A DNA stretch of 63,955 nucleotides, counting the filler, from Reclinomonas americana ATCC 50394 (lineage: Eukaryota): the NCBI GenBank assembly GCA_048213135.1. It is 14 parts of 14 records of this genome, joined end to end, with 100 filler letters (N's around TTAATTAATTAA, not from the genome) between each part and the next. Parts side by side here need not be neighbours in the genome. Positions count along the whole stretch, not along the records: positions 1 to 11,942 come from AFZH01020883.1; positions 12,043 to 19,598 come from AFZH01020885.1; 12 more parts are not named here. One strand, given 5' to 3'. Of this stretch, positions 1 through 12,101 are shown in pieces. Within the stretch, counting starts at the first letter, position 1. Every line of letters begins with the position of its first letter. Both the position numbers and the translations under genes were made by a program. Below the pieces are notes generated by a model, which made no database searches, was not told where the DNA came from, and saw only the letters and a list, made by a program, of their open reading frames with translations.

Positions 1-223
1 GATGTCTTGTGAGTGAGTGTGTGAGTGTGTGAGTGATATCCTCCCGGAATGTGCGACAAGCACAATCGTGTCTGGTCGTGTATATTGCTGACGGGCCAAA
101 ACTTTGACGCCCCCCTTTTTGCATTCGTTCCGCGACATTTCCCCCACGCACTCTTGTCTCGCCTTGTCCCCCCCTTCCGCTGCCCCCCGCCGCACTGCTC
201 ACCCTGCGTGGTGCTCTACACAG

Positions 224-662
224 GAAACCGGTGCCGGACCTGGGCACAATGAACGACATGCGGTACAGTCTGGGCTTCCTGCTACCGTCGTCTCATCTCC
301 CCATGGGGCGCTCGGCCACGTGCTTTGGCCACGCAGGCTACAACTGCACGCTGGTGTTTGCTGACCCAGAGAATGAGCTGGTGCGTGTGTGTGAGAGAGC
401 GGAGAGCAGAGAAAGAGAGAGCGTGTGTGTGCTGACACTCCAGCATGTCCACACACAGGCGTTTGCATACACACCCAACCAGTTCGCCTCCTTTGTCGCC
501 GGCTACAGCGAGGGCGGTGAGCCGCGGAGGCGAGTGCTTGTCGATGCTGTCTACGACTGTGTAGAGGCTATAATGCGGTCATTATCGTCGTCGTCCACGA
601 CCACCACCGCTTCTTCATCGTCGTTTGCAATGTCGGCGGCGAGCAGTGGTGGTCGGCGGTAG
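224..662 (+). CDS. 3' exons of a beta-lactamase-family (EstB/AmpC-like) serine hydrolase, 5'-partial
   Basis: Splicing the GT-AG intron 381-458 gives MRYSLGF..FGHAGYNCTLVFADPENEL|AFAYTPN..EPRRRVLVDAVYDC. This matches the family C-terminal pattern FGHxG..FADP..LAFAYxxN..DPR..LxxAxY. The catalytic SxxK lies upstream of the window. Confidence 0.75.
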
Positions 663-794
663 AAGAGTGTTTGTCTCCTTTGCTCTATGTGTATGTGTCG
701 TTTGCCTTATAAGAAGTCTATGTTGTGGTTGTATCGTTGGTCTTGCTGTCTTTCGTGACGAGGAGAAATGTAATAGCAGCACAGTTTCACTTTG

Positions 795-3700
795 TTATGA
801 CGGCGCCATCTCTTCCACTGGTGTGACGCGCTCTGCGTCGGCAGTCTTGCGCAGTCGGTCGACAAACCCGCCCGCGTATGGCTTGCGGTGACTGCTGGCG
901 GAACCGTGTCGTCGTCGCGCCTGGGCCCGCAGAGCCGGTGCGCCCATGACCGATGCTCTGTCGTGCATGGTCATCGGCGACGGTGTGAGGTCACCACGCA
1001 CTGGTGTGCGACGCGCCTGCTGGTGCTGCTGGAAGAGCGCCAGGGCAGGTGAGCCGCGTACTGGAGGCGGAGACACGCCTCGCTCGTTCAAGTCCACACT
1101 CGAGGCCAGCGACAGATGGCCGTCGTCAAAGAGCGGCGTCGAGCGGCCGACAGCCTCGCTGAGACCGCCAACAGTCGCAGTCATGAGACTGGCGGCGTGC
1201 ATGGACCATCGCCGGTCGACCACAATGTCAGAGTTGCCACTGGGTGCTTGCTGGTACCGGTGGTGGTGGTGGTGCTGGTGGTGGTGGTGATGGCCGTGAG
1301 TCTCGGCATCGGGACTGGGGGTTGCGCGCTCTTGCATCCAGGGAGCAAATACAGGCGACTGGCGAGTTATCACGCGAGAACTGCGGCAACAACAGTGGTG
1401 AGAACGGATATGCTGTTTCACACGTGTGTGGATCTCCATTCACGAAGAAGCAACGAAGACTCCTCACCTTGGCGATTTTGACTGGCGGTGTGCGTTACGT
1501 GAGGGAAATGGTGATCGTGAGGCAGCCGGTGGCGGTGTTCTTTGGCGACCCTGCGGTGGTTGCTGCTGTGGTTGTGAGCCGCGAAGGGCAAACTCCGCCT
1601 GCGCCAACTCCTGTGCTTGGTACATCAGCTGCTGCTGTTGTGAGGGTGGTCGACCAGAGACCGGCGGCGTGTTTTGCCGTCGCGAGGGAAGTGTCGGAGC
1701 GAATACAGGAAGCTGTGTGCGAGTCACCGTCAGAAAATGCAAGCGCCAGCGGTGAACATTAATGTCGCACTGCCGCACTCACCGGATTGTAACGGTGCTC
1801 CAGCACCAGCATGTCCATCATGCTGCGCGGCGGCGAGGTTGCGTCCAGCGGGGATTCGGCAGCCTCCGAGGACGGGGCCGTCTGCACATAGTCGGAGGCC
1901 ACAACCGAGTCATCCAGGTGCACGTACTCGTACGAGGCACGGCTGGAGGCTCGTGAGCTGGGACGCACGGCCGACGACGACGAAGACGACATGGGTCGAG
2001 AGGGCATGCTGATCGAAGGCGTCACCACATTCAGCGGCAGTACAGACCGCCCACCGCCGGTGCGCTGACTGATGTTGAGATCACCGTCGAGCGCGGCGTT
2101 TGCGTCGGGTGAGCTCTCAAGGGGCGCACCGAGGAGGTAATTTGGTGGCACTGCGACAAGGTAGGGGGATCACGAATAAGGCCAACGGCACACAACAATG
2201 CCACCAAGTCAACACACACGAACCACGGTGGAAGAGCGACGAAGGTACGCGGTCAAGCGCAGTGGAGGCGCGTGTGTTGCCGCCCACTGAGGACGACGCA
2301 GATAGACCGCGGGAGCGTGGCATCGGCAATGGCATTTGCGCCAGTTCCTCCCTCTCCGGCGCACCCTGCTCCGCCTCCTCGGTGGCATACGGATCGTCGC
2401 CGGGGGTGGGCATCAGGAAAAACGCCACATCACGACCGTCGCCCTCCGAGGAGCGGCGGTAGACGTTGTAGGAGGAGTGCAGCACATTGTAGGAGGTGCG
2501 GCCGACTCGCCGAGGCGCAGTCTGCGGCGCTTGATTGAAGCGATGCAACGCCTGCTGCGGGTCGGTAACCGTGAACTCGGGCTGCACGCGCGCGGCCAGT
2601 GAGGGGAGAGTGAGGGTGAGAAGAGAGTGGACGGTGCGCTGCCGCACCTTGGCAGGTACAGTGAACCAACGCAGTGGCACCACTGCGCCCTGTTCTGCCG
2701 CCGCCGAGGTTGACCTCAGGAGGCGAGCAGGCGACGTGGTACCGCTTGACGGCCGCACCGGCAACGACGCATTCAACTGCTCATCTTGCATGCTGGTGAT
2801 GAACACTCCCGGACCGCTGCTACTGTTGGCGCCATTAACTGCACAATAATTCAAAACGCAGTCACAACGTAGTTCTGCGAGCACCACCGCCTGCATCGCT
2901 CGCTGCCTACCGTGCACGAGAGCGCTGCCGGAGCGCCGCCCAATGGTGGCCGACGAGAGTCTCGGGGGAGCTGGCGACATAAGCAGCGACAGTGGCAGTG
3001 AGTGAAACAGGTCACCAACACAACGCATGAGAGAGAATGCATCGCGCACCGGGAGCCACGCTGACGGGAGCCATGTGCAAGGGCGCCCAACCGGGTGAGT
3101 AATCGTGTCCAGGGTTATGGCCACTGCAGCGATGGTAAGCATGCTGAGAGGAGAAAGGGAGGGGCCAAGCGTTGTCGACGCACCGTGCAGCATTCAGAGT
3201 CGACGCAAACCCCTCGCTTGCGAGAATGAACTTGCCAGTCCAATTGGCATTGTCAATAAACTGTGACAGAGAGAAATGTTAGCGCAGACGATACGGCGGC
3301 ATCTCTCCGCGCAGGAAACGCACCACTCGCAAGTCTGTGCTCCATGGCCGTGAGCTTCCAGACTTGAATTCCTGTTCGTCGGCATCGGATCTGTGCACAG
3401 GAGGAAAAAGTCATGTTGCTGTTGACACGAAGCGACAGCGATCGAGTCACGCAACTCGCTGGAGAACAAAAACGTCCAGAATCCACGCGGATTCCACAAC
3501 AGACATCGTGACTCGATCTGTGCAACGAACGAGCCGACGAACAGCGATAAGAAGCGCTGACACAGGAAGAGGTCACAGAAAAAAGAGTGCGCGCACCAAC
3601 ACAGTATGATCGCGCCACGAGGGAATGACGACGCTGAGTTGAGTTGGCATCGACAGCCCAGGCGCCGGTGCGAGGCGCCTGGCAATGTATCCGTCGAGCA

Positions 3701-4085
3701 CAGCCTTTTTGGATTTGAGAATCACCTGCTCCCCGACTCTCGGCTCGTGATGCTCCACGTTCTTATGTCGCTTCTGGTATTTCACCGGTTTGTCCTCGAC
3801 GTGCTTGTTCAGATCGACACTGTGCACAGCAGGCATGGTGAGCACACTGAAGGCGGGGGAGACGGGGGAAGACGATTGCAGCAGCAGCAGCACCACTTGC
3901 CATTTCGTATTGAAACGTGCACGATTGCTGGTGCTGGTGCTCGACATGTCCAGCGTCGCTGTGCACGAGTTGAGGCAACGAATGATTGGCACGGCAAAAG
4001 TAGTGCACACACCTTCCGACGCGGCTGATGGCGAGGCTGCCGAGGGTCGGCGGCTCGGTCGCGCAGAGGCGGACGACTTTTTCAT
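795..4085 (-). CDS. Hypothetical multi-exon protein(s) with a long Ser/Pro/Gln/His-rich C-terminus; exon structure uncertain
   Basis: A chain of minus-strand ORFs (795-1439, 1464-1778, 1759-2151, 2117-3193, 3573-4433) with coding-like composition is linked by apparent short GT-AG introns. No domain recognised. Confidence 0.45.
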
Positions 4086-4519
4086 GGCCGCCGGGATGTG
4101 TGGCAGGGAGATGGATTGTAGGATTTCGGGTCTGCGCCGAGAATAGTGAGACACTGTCGTTTTCACGTGCGCCAGAGTTGAGCCGCACGCAACAGTTCGA
4201 CTTCTGGTCTGGAGATCTCCCGCAGTGGGCCGAGGAGTTCCATGGCGCGCGGATTCGACCAGGTTTCCGTTTGCTGGAAGAGGGTGAGGGCGGCGCGGGC
4301 CAGCCACATCATCTTGAATTCGTCTGCGGAAGAGGGAGGGTGAGGGGGAAGGAGGGGGAGGGGGAGGGTGAGGGGGAAGGAGGAGAGGGAGGAGACAGGC
4401 ATCATGTGAAGAATCAGCTTCTCTGCTGAACAATAATGAGGAGGGGGGAATAGTGTGAGTGAAAGAAGCACAACAGCGAGAAAGACAGCTGTTGAAAGGC
4501 CCGGGCCACTCAGGTGGAA

Positions 4520-5580
4520 GACGTAAAAGAGGTAGTACCCTGTCGCCAGACGGAGCAGTTCAGAGGAACGAGAGCAGAACAGCCACGGAATTCCCGGCGC
4601 CCGTGAGCGGCAAAGATACAGAAAGAAGCCACTCGGGTGGAACATGTCAGAAAGGTAGCACCCCGTTGCTGGACGGAACAGTTCAGAAGAAAGAGAGCAG
4701 AACAGCCACGGAATTCCAGGCGCCCGTGAGCGGCAAAGATACAGAAAGAAGCCACTCGGGTGAAAGGTGTCACAAAGGTAGCGCCTCGTCACCAGGCGGA
4801 GTAGTTCAGAGTAAAAAGAGCAGAACAGCCACGGAATTCCAGGCGCCCGTGAGCGGCAAAGATACAGAAAGAAGCCACTCAGGAGGAACATGTCAGAAAG
4901 GTTGCGCCCTCTCGCTGGACGGAGCAGTTCAGAGGAACGAGAGCAGAACCGCCACGGAATTCCCAGCGCCAGTTGGCGGCGAAGATACAGAAAGAAGCCT
5001 CTTCGGTGGAACATGTCAGAGAGGTAGCGCCTCGTCGCCAGACGGAGCAGTTCAGAAGAAAGAGAGCAGAACAGCCACGGAATTCCCGGCGCTAGTTGGC
5101 GTCGAAGATGCAGAAAGAAGCCCCTCGGGTGAAAGATTTCAGAAAGGCAGCGCCCAGTCGCCAGACGCTGGAAGCAGGAAGCAAGAGAGAAGAAGAGACA
5201 AAAGTCTTCAACGGACAACAAATGAAACCATGAAGGTAGAAGACTATGACGGAGTCGAAAGCGAACCTCCCTGTCAACAGAAACTGGAAGCAGGAAGCAT
5301 CTCTACCGGGCGATTTAGGGGAAGTTGGGAACGAAAGAAACACAACCGTCGGACTGTAGCCTGAACCCAAGAGAGAGGGGAGTCGAAAGAGAAGTACCCC
5401 GTCGCCAGACACTGGAAGCAGGAAGCTTCTCTGCTGGCGATTAAGAGGAAGGGAGAGATACTTGGGAATGAAAGAAGCACAACCGTCGGACTACAGCCCT
5501 AAATCAAGAGAGAAGGGAGTCGAAAGAGAAGCGCCCTCCCGACAGACACTGGAAGCAGGAAGCATCTCTATGGGCGATCC
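4520..5580. repeat. 123-bp tandem array (about 5 conserved units) grading into more divergent ~115-135-bp units toward the 3' end of the LRR gene
   Basis: CAGAxxAAxxAGAGCAGAACxGCCACGGAATTCC recurs at 4561, 4684, 4807, 4930 and 5053 (period 123). CTGGAAGCAGGAAGC recurs at about 5169, 5284, 5412 and 5549. Confidence 0.95.
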
Positions 5581-7538
5581 AGATCCCGAACAATTCCATG
5601 GTGCCTTTTTCTTCCGAGCAACACGCGCACGCACCTGCTACATCCTTGCCAAACACTCGCGTGAGCGACAGTACCCGGGATTCGGTCAAAATCTGTTCGT
5701 CGAGCAGCACCAGCAACGACATCCAAGCGAAATCCGGGTACGCCGCCAGCGCCTCGGCAATCGGCACTGCGGTGCTCACATTCCACTTGGAGCCGGCCAC
5801 GAAAATATTAACAGCCGTCTCCATCTATAGCAGCTGCGTCAGCACCCTGGCGCACAGAAGAAAGCACGTGCTTGCACATCATCACACGGACCCGCAGTTT
5901 TCGCGGCACCGGGAAATGCAGCACGGAGAACATGAGGATGCCGAGGGCGTCCATTTGCTCACTGGAGAACACCGTGAGGAACGAGAAGGGGCTCTTGTCC
6001 GTGACTTTGAAACTGTGCCCATCATGTCAGTCAGCACACTACACTGCGGAAGCGAACACAGCATCGGAATGACGGACTCAACGACGTCACGAATTGCCCG
6101 TCGGTGTTCAACCGCAGCAGCTCGCACCGCTCAAAGTGGGTGGCGACATATTTGAGTCGCAAGCGATCCACGACTGTGACACAAGTAGGAAATGTTATGC
6201 GTGCATCCCAAGGGAAAAGGAAGTCGACAACAGCAAAACGCACATGGCGACCGAGTGGCCTGGTGGCCAAACTTCTCCAGGAACTCCACTGCCAGCGGCG
6301 CCAGTCGATCCTTATCCAGTGGTCGACCATCGTCGTCTTCGTCGCCACCACTCTGAGCACCCAACGACGCCTCCGCATCACCGATCATCTATCACGACAT
6401 CATAAGCAACACAGTACAGTCGTGCGCAACCGACAGCATGCATGCATGCACACCTGCTGGACGTATGCCGGGTTTGCTTGTGCGAATGCGTGCGCTCGCA
6501 TTCGCTCCTCGTACGTAACGAACTTGCCATCGAGAATCCACACCAGCGGCAACAGATGCACCAGCAGGAGTCGATCTACTCAACACACAGCTTCAGTCTT
6601 GCGGCGAACCAACAAAAGGACTTGACTACGATGCGCAACATTCAACCACCGAGCACAGTGGATTATCGCGCACATCCAGCTCCACAATGTGCACTCGTCG
6701 CAGCCGCAGCACCTCCTCAAACGCCAAGTCATTCCCGCGCAGAATCACCTGTCCCCACGCCCGCACACAGCCCCCACTCAGTGCCTCGGCCACGCGCGTC
6801 AACCGATTATGCGCGGCATCGATATCCCACAGACACAGAGTCGACAGTGGAGCAAAGGTCTCCGCCGGAAGCTCCCGCAACGAGTTCAGCGACACATCCA
6901 GGCGTTCCATTCTCGAAAATATCGATAGATCAGTGCCGCTCATGATATCTGAGTGGAGTGAAATGGTGGGAAAGTGTGAGGAAGTGTGAGGAAGTGTGGG
7001 AAAGTGTGAGGAAGTGTGAGGAAGTGTGTGAAAGTGTGAAGAAGTGTGAGGAAGTGTGAGGGAGTGTGAGAAAGGGTGAGAAAATGTGTGAAAGCGTGCG
7101 CAGTTCTTCTGTCTCTCTCCTGTCTTCTCTCTCTTCTCTCTCACTCTGTGTGCGTGTGTGTTGCTCACCGAGGTTGGCGTTTCGCAGGGAGACTATGCGC
7201 ACGGCATCGGGAGGCGTCGCACTGCCGAGCATGGCCAGCAGTCGCGGCTGAGTCAGCACGCGAGATGAAGGCAACACCGACTGTAGTTGTTGTTGTTGTT
7301 GTTGTTGTTCTGCTGTTGCTTTTGCCTTGGTGCGTGCCTTGGCGCGAGAGGAAGAAGAGGGTGCTGGCGCGAGGACGATTTGTGTGGGCGACGGCACGCG
7401 CAGCTCCAGCATCGCCGAGGTCATTGAGAGCGGAGAGCCGCCGAGCGTCGAGGGTGACATGGGGTCGCCGTCGAGAGAGAGAGGAGAGGGCGGAGGCCTG
7501 TCAGCCTCGGCAGGCGGGACTGCTGCTGCTGCCGACAT
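5504..7538 (-). CDS. Leucine-rich repeat protein with LRRcap (U2A'/SDS22-like), multi-exon
   Basis: ATG 7538. VRIVSLRNANL|..MERLDVSLNSLREL..LWDIDAAHNRLTRV..VILRGNDL..LDVRDNPL is followed by the LRRcap RLLLVHLLPLVWILDGKFVTYEER. The intron near 6946-7168 contains a GAAGTGTGAG 10-mer repeat. Confidence 0.75.
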
Positions 7539-8072
7539 CGCACTTTCACTGATCAACCACCGGGACAAAGCGGGACAGAAAGAGTGCACTCGCGCTGTAT
7601 CGTTTGATATTGGCGGCCAAACAGCATGATGATCACCATTTTGAGTGAGCTCCAGAAGCTGAAACATCACGAGATGCCTGCATGCTGGACGGCTCATGAC
7701 AAACATGGATCTGACGCCGAATTCCAAAAAAAGAAATGCAAGAGGTGTCAGAACACACAAAGAAACCGATGATGGTTGTTGTGGTTGACACCAACAAACA
7801 AGCAACAGCTGTCTTGATGACCAAGTCCAACCACATCCAAAACATCAACACAAAAGCCAATCTTGAAGAAGCAGCTAGCAGGTTTCCTGTGTGTACTAAC
7901 AAGTCGAGAACTGCGATTTTCACCGCATAAACGAGGTCAAACAGTGGACTTGATGCACTTGCATAGTCGCCATAGCATTTTCTGCGATCGTACACGGAAG
8001 CAAAGTCGGGTCCGGATCCGTGAAGCAAGCAATGCAGTGGAGGCGTCGTCAATGGTGGTTGTATGCGGTACA

Positions 8073-11000
8073 TTACTCTTGTTTTGAATTCGCCGACGCA
8101 TTCGCCGGCCGCGGTCGAATCACCGTCGGCGGCAACGCCATACGAGCCACGTGCGTCGACAAATCCTGCTGTGTCAGCATCGACGGCTGTGGACGCCGCC
8201 TGCGTGTTCGGAACTCAATCATGATGTCCCCCTCCGAGGCGATATCCGGACTCCCGGATCTCGACAATTCCTGCGCAAAATGTCAGCTACTTCACGCACC
8301 CTGCTGCGTACCAGAACGCATGCACCCACCTCGGAAGTCGGAACCGCCGAGAATGGCCGCGGAACGTGTGGCATGGAGAAATCCGGTCGCATGAGCGGCT
8401 GCGGAGGGACCGAGCCGACAAACGGCAGTGGGGGCAACGGCCGCTGCGATACATGCATGTCGTCGACATCGCTGGCCTCTTTAGTGGCGGCGACAGGCGG
8501 CGGTGGTCGTCGCGCTGCAGCTGAGTTGACAGTTGTACTCGGCTGCGCATGCACTGGACTACTTATCGAGCTCGACGACACCGACGACGACTGCGTGCGT
8601 CGGTGCACTTTGTTGGGAGACAAATTTCATAAGCACGCGCACGCGCAGAACAATGAGCGTACCTGTTGCGAGGCTCGTGTGGGAGGCGGTGGCAATGGAG
8701 CGCGCGCACGCGAAGCCGACAGCCGTGCAGCAAACAGCTCGACTGCGGCGGCCGTCAGTGGCGGACGTCCCACGCCTGACGCCCCACTCTCCGTGGACGG
8801 GCGTGTCAAGTTCGACTCGACAGCAGAACTCGGCTGCGCACAGCTGCATGTGAGCAACATATCCGCATGTTGCGTCGCGATGCACAATGATGCGCAACAA
8901 CACTCACCGTACTCGATGAAGATGACTGTACCGACGACTGACAGTGAGGAGGCAGAGAGACGAGCGTGAGTCAAAGTAACAACACCAGAAAGCAACCGAG
9001 GTCGAAAAACGCAAGACGCACCGGGTGTGGAACGCGCGAGGGCGGTGGTGGCAGCGGAGCAAGTGCGCGCGATGCAGACAACCGTGCAGCAAATAGCTCG
9101 ACCGCGGCGGCAGTGAGCGGCGGACGTACCGCGCCAGAAGGTCCATGAGCAATGCCGTTCTCAGATGATGGGCGTGCGCTAGGTTCCACACCAGAACTCG
9201 GCTGTAATCGCTGCACGTGAGTGCATGTCCACTTCTGCGAAGCATGAGTGTCGCCGATTCACACTCACCGTACTCGCCGACGACGACTGTGACGATGACG
9301 ATGCCTGTGGGAGACAGGAGGCACTCATTGTGTGAGCCGCACGCAAACTACTCTCAAATACCAATAAAAACATACGTACCGGGTGCGCGACTCGCGAGGG
9401 AGGTGGAGGCAGTGGTGCGAGAGCTCGGGATGCAGACAGCCGCGCAGCAAACATCTCGGCCGCGGCGGCAGTAAGCAACGGACCAGGCGCGCCGTCGCGA
9501 ACGCCACTCTCTGAAGAGGGGCGAGCGGCCGCTGCTGGCGGGCCACGCGGAAGGACGATATGTCGAAGAGAACTCAGCGACGGAATCGCGTGTGGCACGG
9601 GCACCAGGCGCATCGAGGATGCACTTTCCTCCATCGCAGAAGCAGCTCTGGTCGAGTTTCGACGCGGATGCGGCGGCAAGGGAGGCAACGACAGCGTGCT
9701 CGGGAACATCAAGACCGAAGGAGACAACACTCCTCGGCCACCGCTGTCTTGCTGAGCGACGCTGGCCGGATTCGCTGGGCGAATCGTCAGCGGAAGCGGA
9801 ACGACCGGCAGGCCAGCGATGGTGCTGGAGAGCATGGAACTGGGAGTTGGTGCCTCGTTCCGCACTGTGTGACGCACGTGAGGGCCGAGCACCACTGACG
9901 ACACAACAATGCGCCCCACGGTGGCCAAACCATCCAATGGCTCCACCACCGCCGCGTCTGCGTCGGGCATTGTCAGTGTCGTGACGTGCTTCGGCTCCAC
10001 TCGTTCCTCATCAGTAGCCGGTGGCGTCGACGACCACCACAGATCGGGAGACACGACAAACTGCCAGAAAGTAACGGCAACAGGCTGCAGCTGCTCGTCC
10101 TTGCATCGACGACGCCACCGTCGGCGAGCAGCGCACAGGAGACAGCAGCAGCAACAGAACACCAACAGAGCAGCCAGTAGCAGCGATACCAGTACCAGCA
10201 AAGCAATGATTGCTGCAGACACCCCCCCAGCCGCAGTCGATGTCACAACCGGCGATACTAGACACGGAGAAGAAAAAAGTTAGCCAAATACGCTGCACAG
10301 CACGAATGAACGTGCACACGAACCAAAGTAAAATGAGGACGACGAGTACAGCGCGTAGTCCGTCACATTGACGCCAAGCGGGATAACGTATGCGTCAAAG
10401 GTGTCGCCATCGTGCACCAACGGGTCGCCGGCGGTCGAATTGAGGGAGCTGGCGATAAAGCTCACAGAATTGGTGGTATACTGTTGATCTTGAGCCGACG
10501 AACTGCAGCGGCCGTAGACCACATCGCGCAGTGTATAAGTCTCGACCGCCGCCGAGTCGCTCGTCTGCTTGCGCAACTGCAGGCGACATACGATGATTAT
10601 GAGTCAGCGACGGCAAGTTCGACACACACACACGCAGGGCTGCCATACAATGCCTCACCAGAACAGTGAACGCCTGCTGTCCGTTCGGGGCATCACACTC
10701 CCAAGTCACTGTACTGTTGCCATAGAGCGGCAGCTGCAGCTGGAATTCTCGCGTAGACCCAGAAATGATGGAGCGGACCGATGGGACTGCACAACGAGGT
10801 AAGTATGGATGGAAATGCCGCACACCGACTCCGGTGACCGGGATCTCGAGGACGCACATCTCACAGTAAATGACTCGGATCGGCCAACAATTCGCTCGTC
10901 AAACGATCCCTGTCTCGTGCTGTCCGCCACAAGGAAGGTGACGGGAATGTTGCTGTCGATCTGGTTTCTCAGAGATCTAAGCGTGGGGGCCACTGACAGC

Positions 11001-11942
11001 GATACTTGAGAGGCAGGAATGTTTCGAGCAGACACCGCAATGAGACGATTCTCGGCAACTGCAGCGACAAGCGCACACGAGTCAGCTTGGCATGGAACCG
11101 CAGGTATAGACTATCAGAGGACGAGAGCGATTCAGTTACCGTTCCAAAGCTCGACATCCACAAGAGTCACCGACAGCGGTGCACGCCAGGTAACCGACGT
11201 CGCAGTATGACCGTACACGCTGTACACAGCGGTCTCCACCGGCGACGCGGCAGCCACCGTGGGAACAAGCTTGACAACAGGGGCTAATCCACGAAACACA
11301 TACACAAAAGGATAAGCAACCGACAAGAGTAGAGAGCCCGCGAGCAAACACACCTTGATTGATGGTCAACGTCACAACCAGCACACCACCATGGAGATCG
11401 TCAACAGACACATCGATGACAAAGCCTCGACCAGTCAGGTTGTCGACATTGCTGAAGATCGCCGCTCCGGAAATGAAAAACTCGCTCTGTGGGGCGACTT
11501 GGAGTGAGACCAGCATCAGCACAGCGGTACGAGCACTCGACATACCCGATTTGCGCCACCGACGATGCTAAAAATGTGAGACTGACAACAATTCTCGTCC
11601 ACAGCCGACAGCTCGCCAACGAACTCGCCACGACCAAGCGGCAAGCTGAATTCATCGGGTGTAATTCTGATACTGGTCGGCGGCACATTTGCTACGACAG
11701 AAAATTCTGGTGAGTGACACGACGACCGACGGCAAAAAAAGACGCACAAAAAAGCAATACGCATGCACGAAACCTTCATCGACAATGAAAGAGTTGGATG
11801 CCACAGCCATCTCCTGTCCGTCACAAAAGGCACCGACATCGACCTGCAAGCCGTTGCCACGCTGACCGGCCAACTGAAGAGACAGTGCGTGGCCAACAAT
11901 AACAAACAGTGAACTGTCGACACCGCCAACGACGTCAAACGT
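8073..11942 (-). CDS. Single-pass membrane protein with a cadherin-like ectodomain repeat and a triplicated Pro-rich cytoplasmic module; 5'-partial
   Basis: Ectodomain exons VVANVPPTSIRITPDEFSLPLGRGEFVGELSAVDENCCQSHIFSIVGG|..FFISGAAIF..FVIDVSVDDLHGGVLVVTLTI. TM segment AIIALLVLVSLLLAALLVFCCCCC is followed by RRRWRRR. The tail carries three copies of LTAAA(V/A)E(L/M)FAARLSASRAxAPLPPPP. Confidence 0.7.
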
Positions 11943-12101
11943 NNNNNNNNNNNNNNNNNNNNNNNNNNNNNNNNNNNNNNNNNNNNTTAATTAATTAANN
12001 NNNNNNNNNNNNNNNNNNNNNNNNNNNNNNNNNNNNNNNNNNGACAATCGCCCTGCCTGCCTTGTTGTTCGGAAAATTCCGAGGAAACCAGTTTCTTTTT
12101 C

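Noticed and set aside
4520..5170. Regularly spaced repeat as a possible CRISPR array
   Set aside because: The whole unit is repeated with no unique spacers, there are no cas genes, and the context is eukaryotic.
7633..8073. AT-richer segment with small ORFs on both strands between the LRR and cadherin-like genes
   Set aside because: No recognisable domain, terminal repeats or splice pattern. Probably intergenic or UTR.
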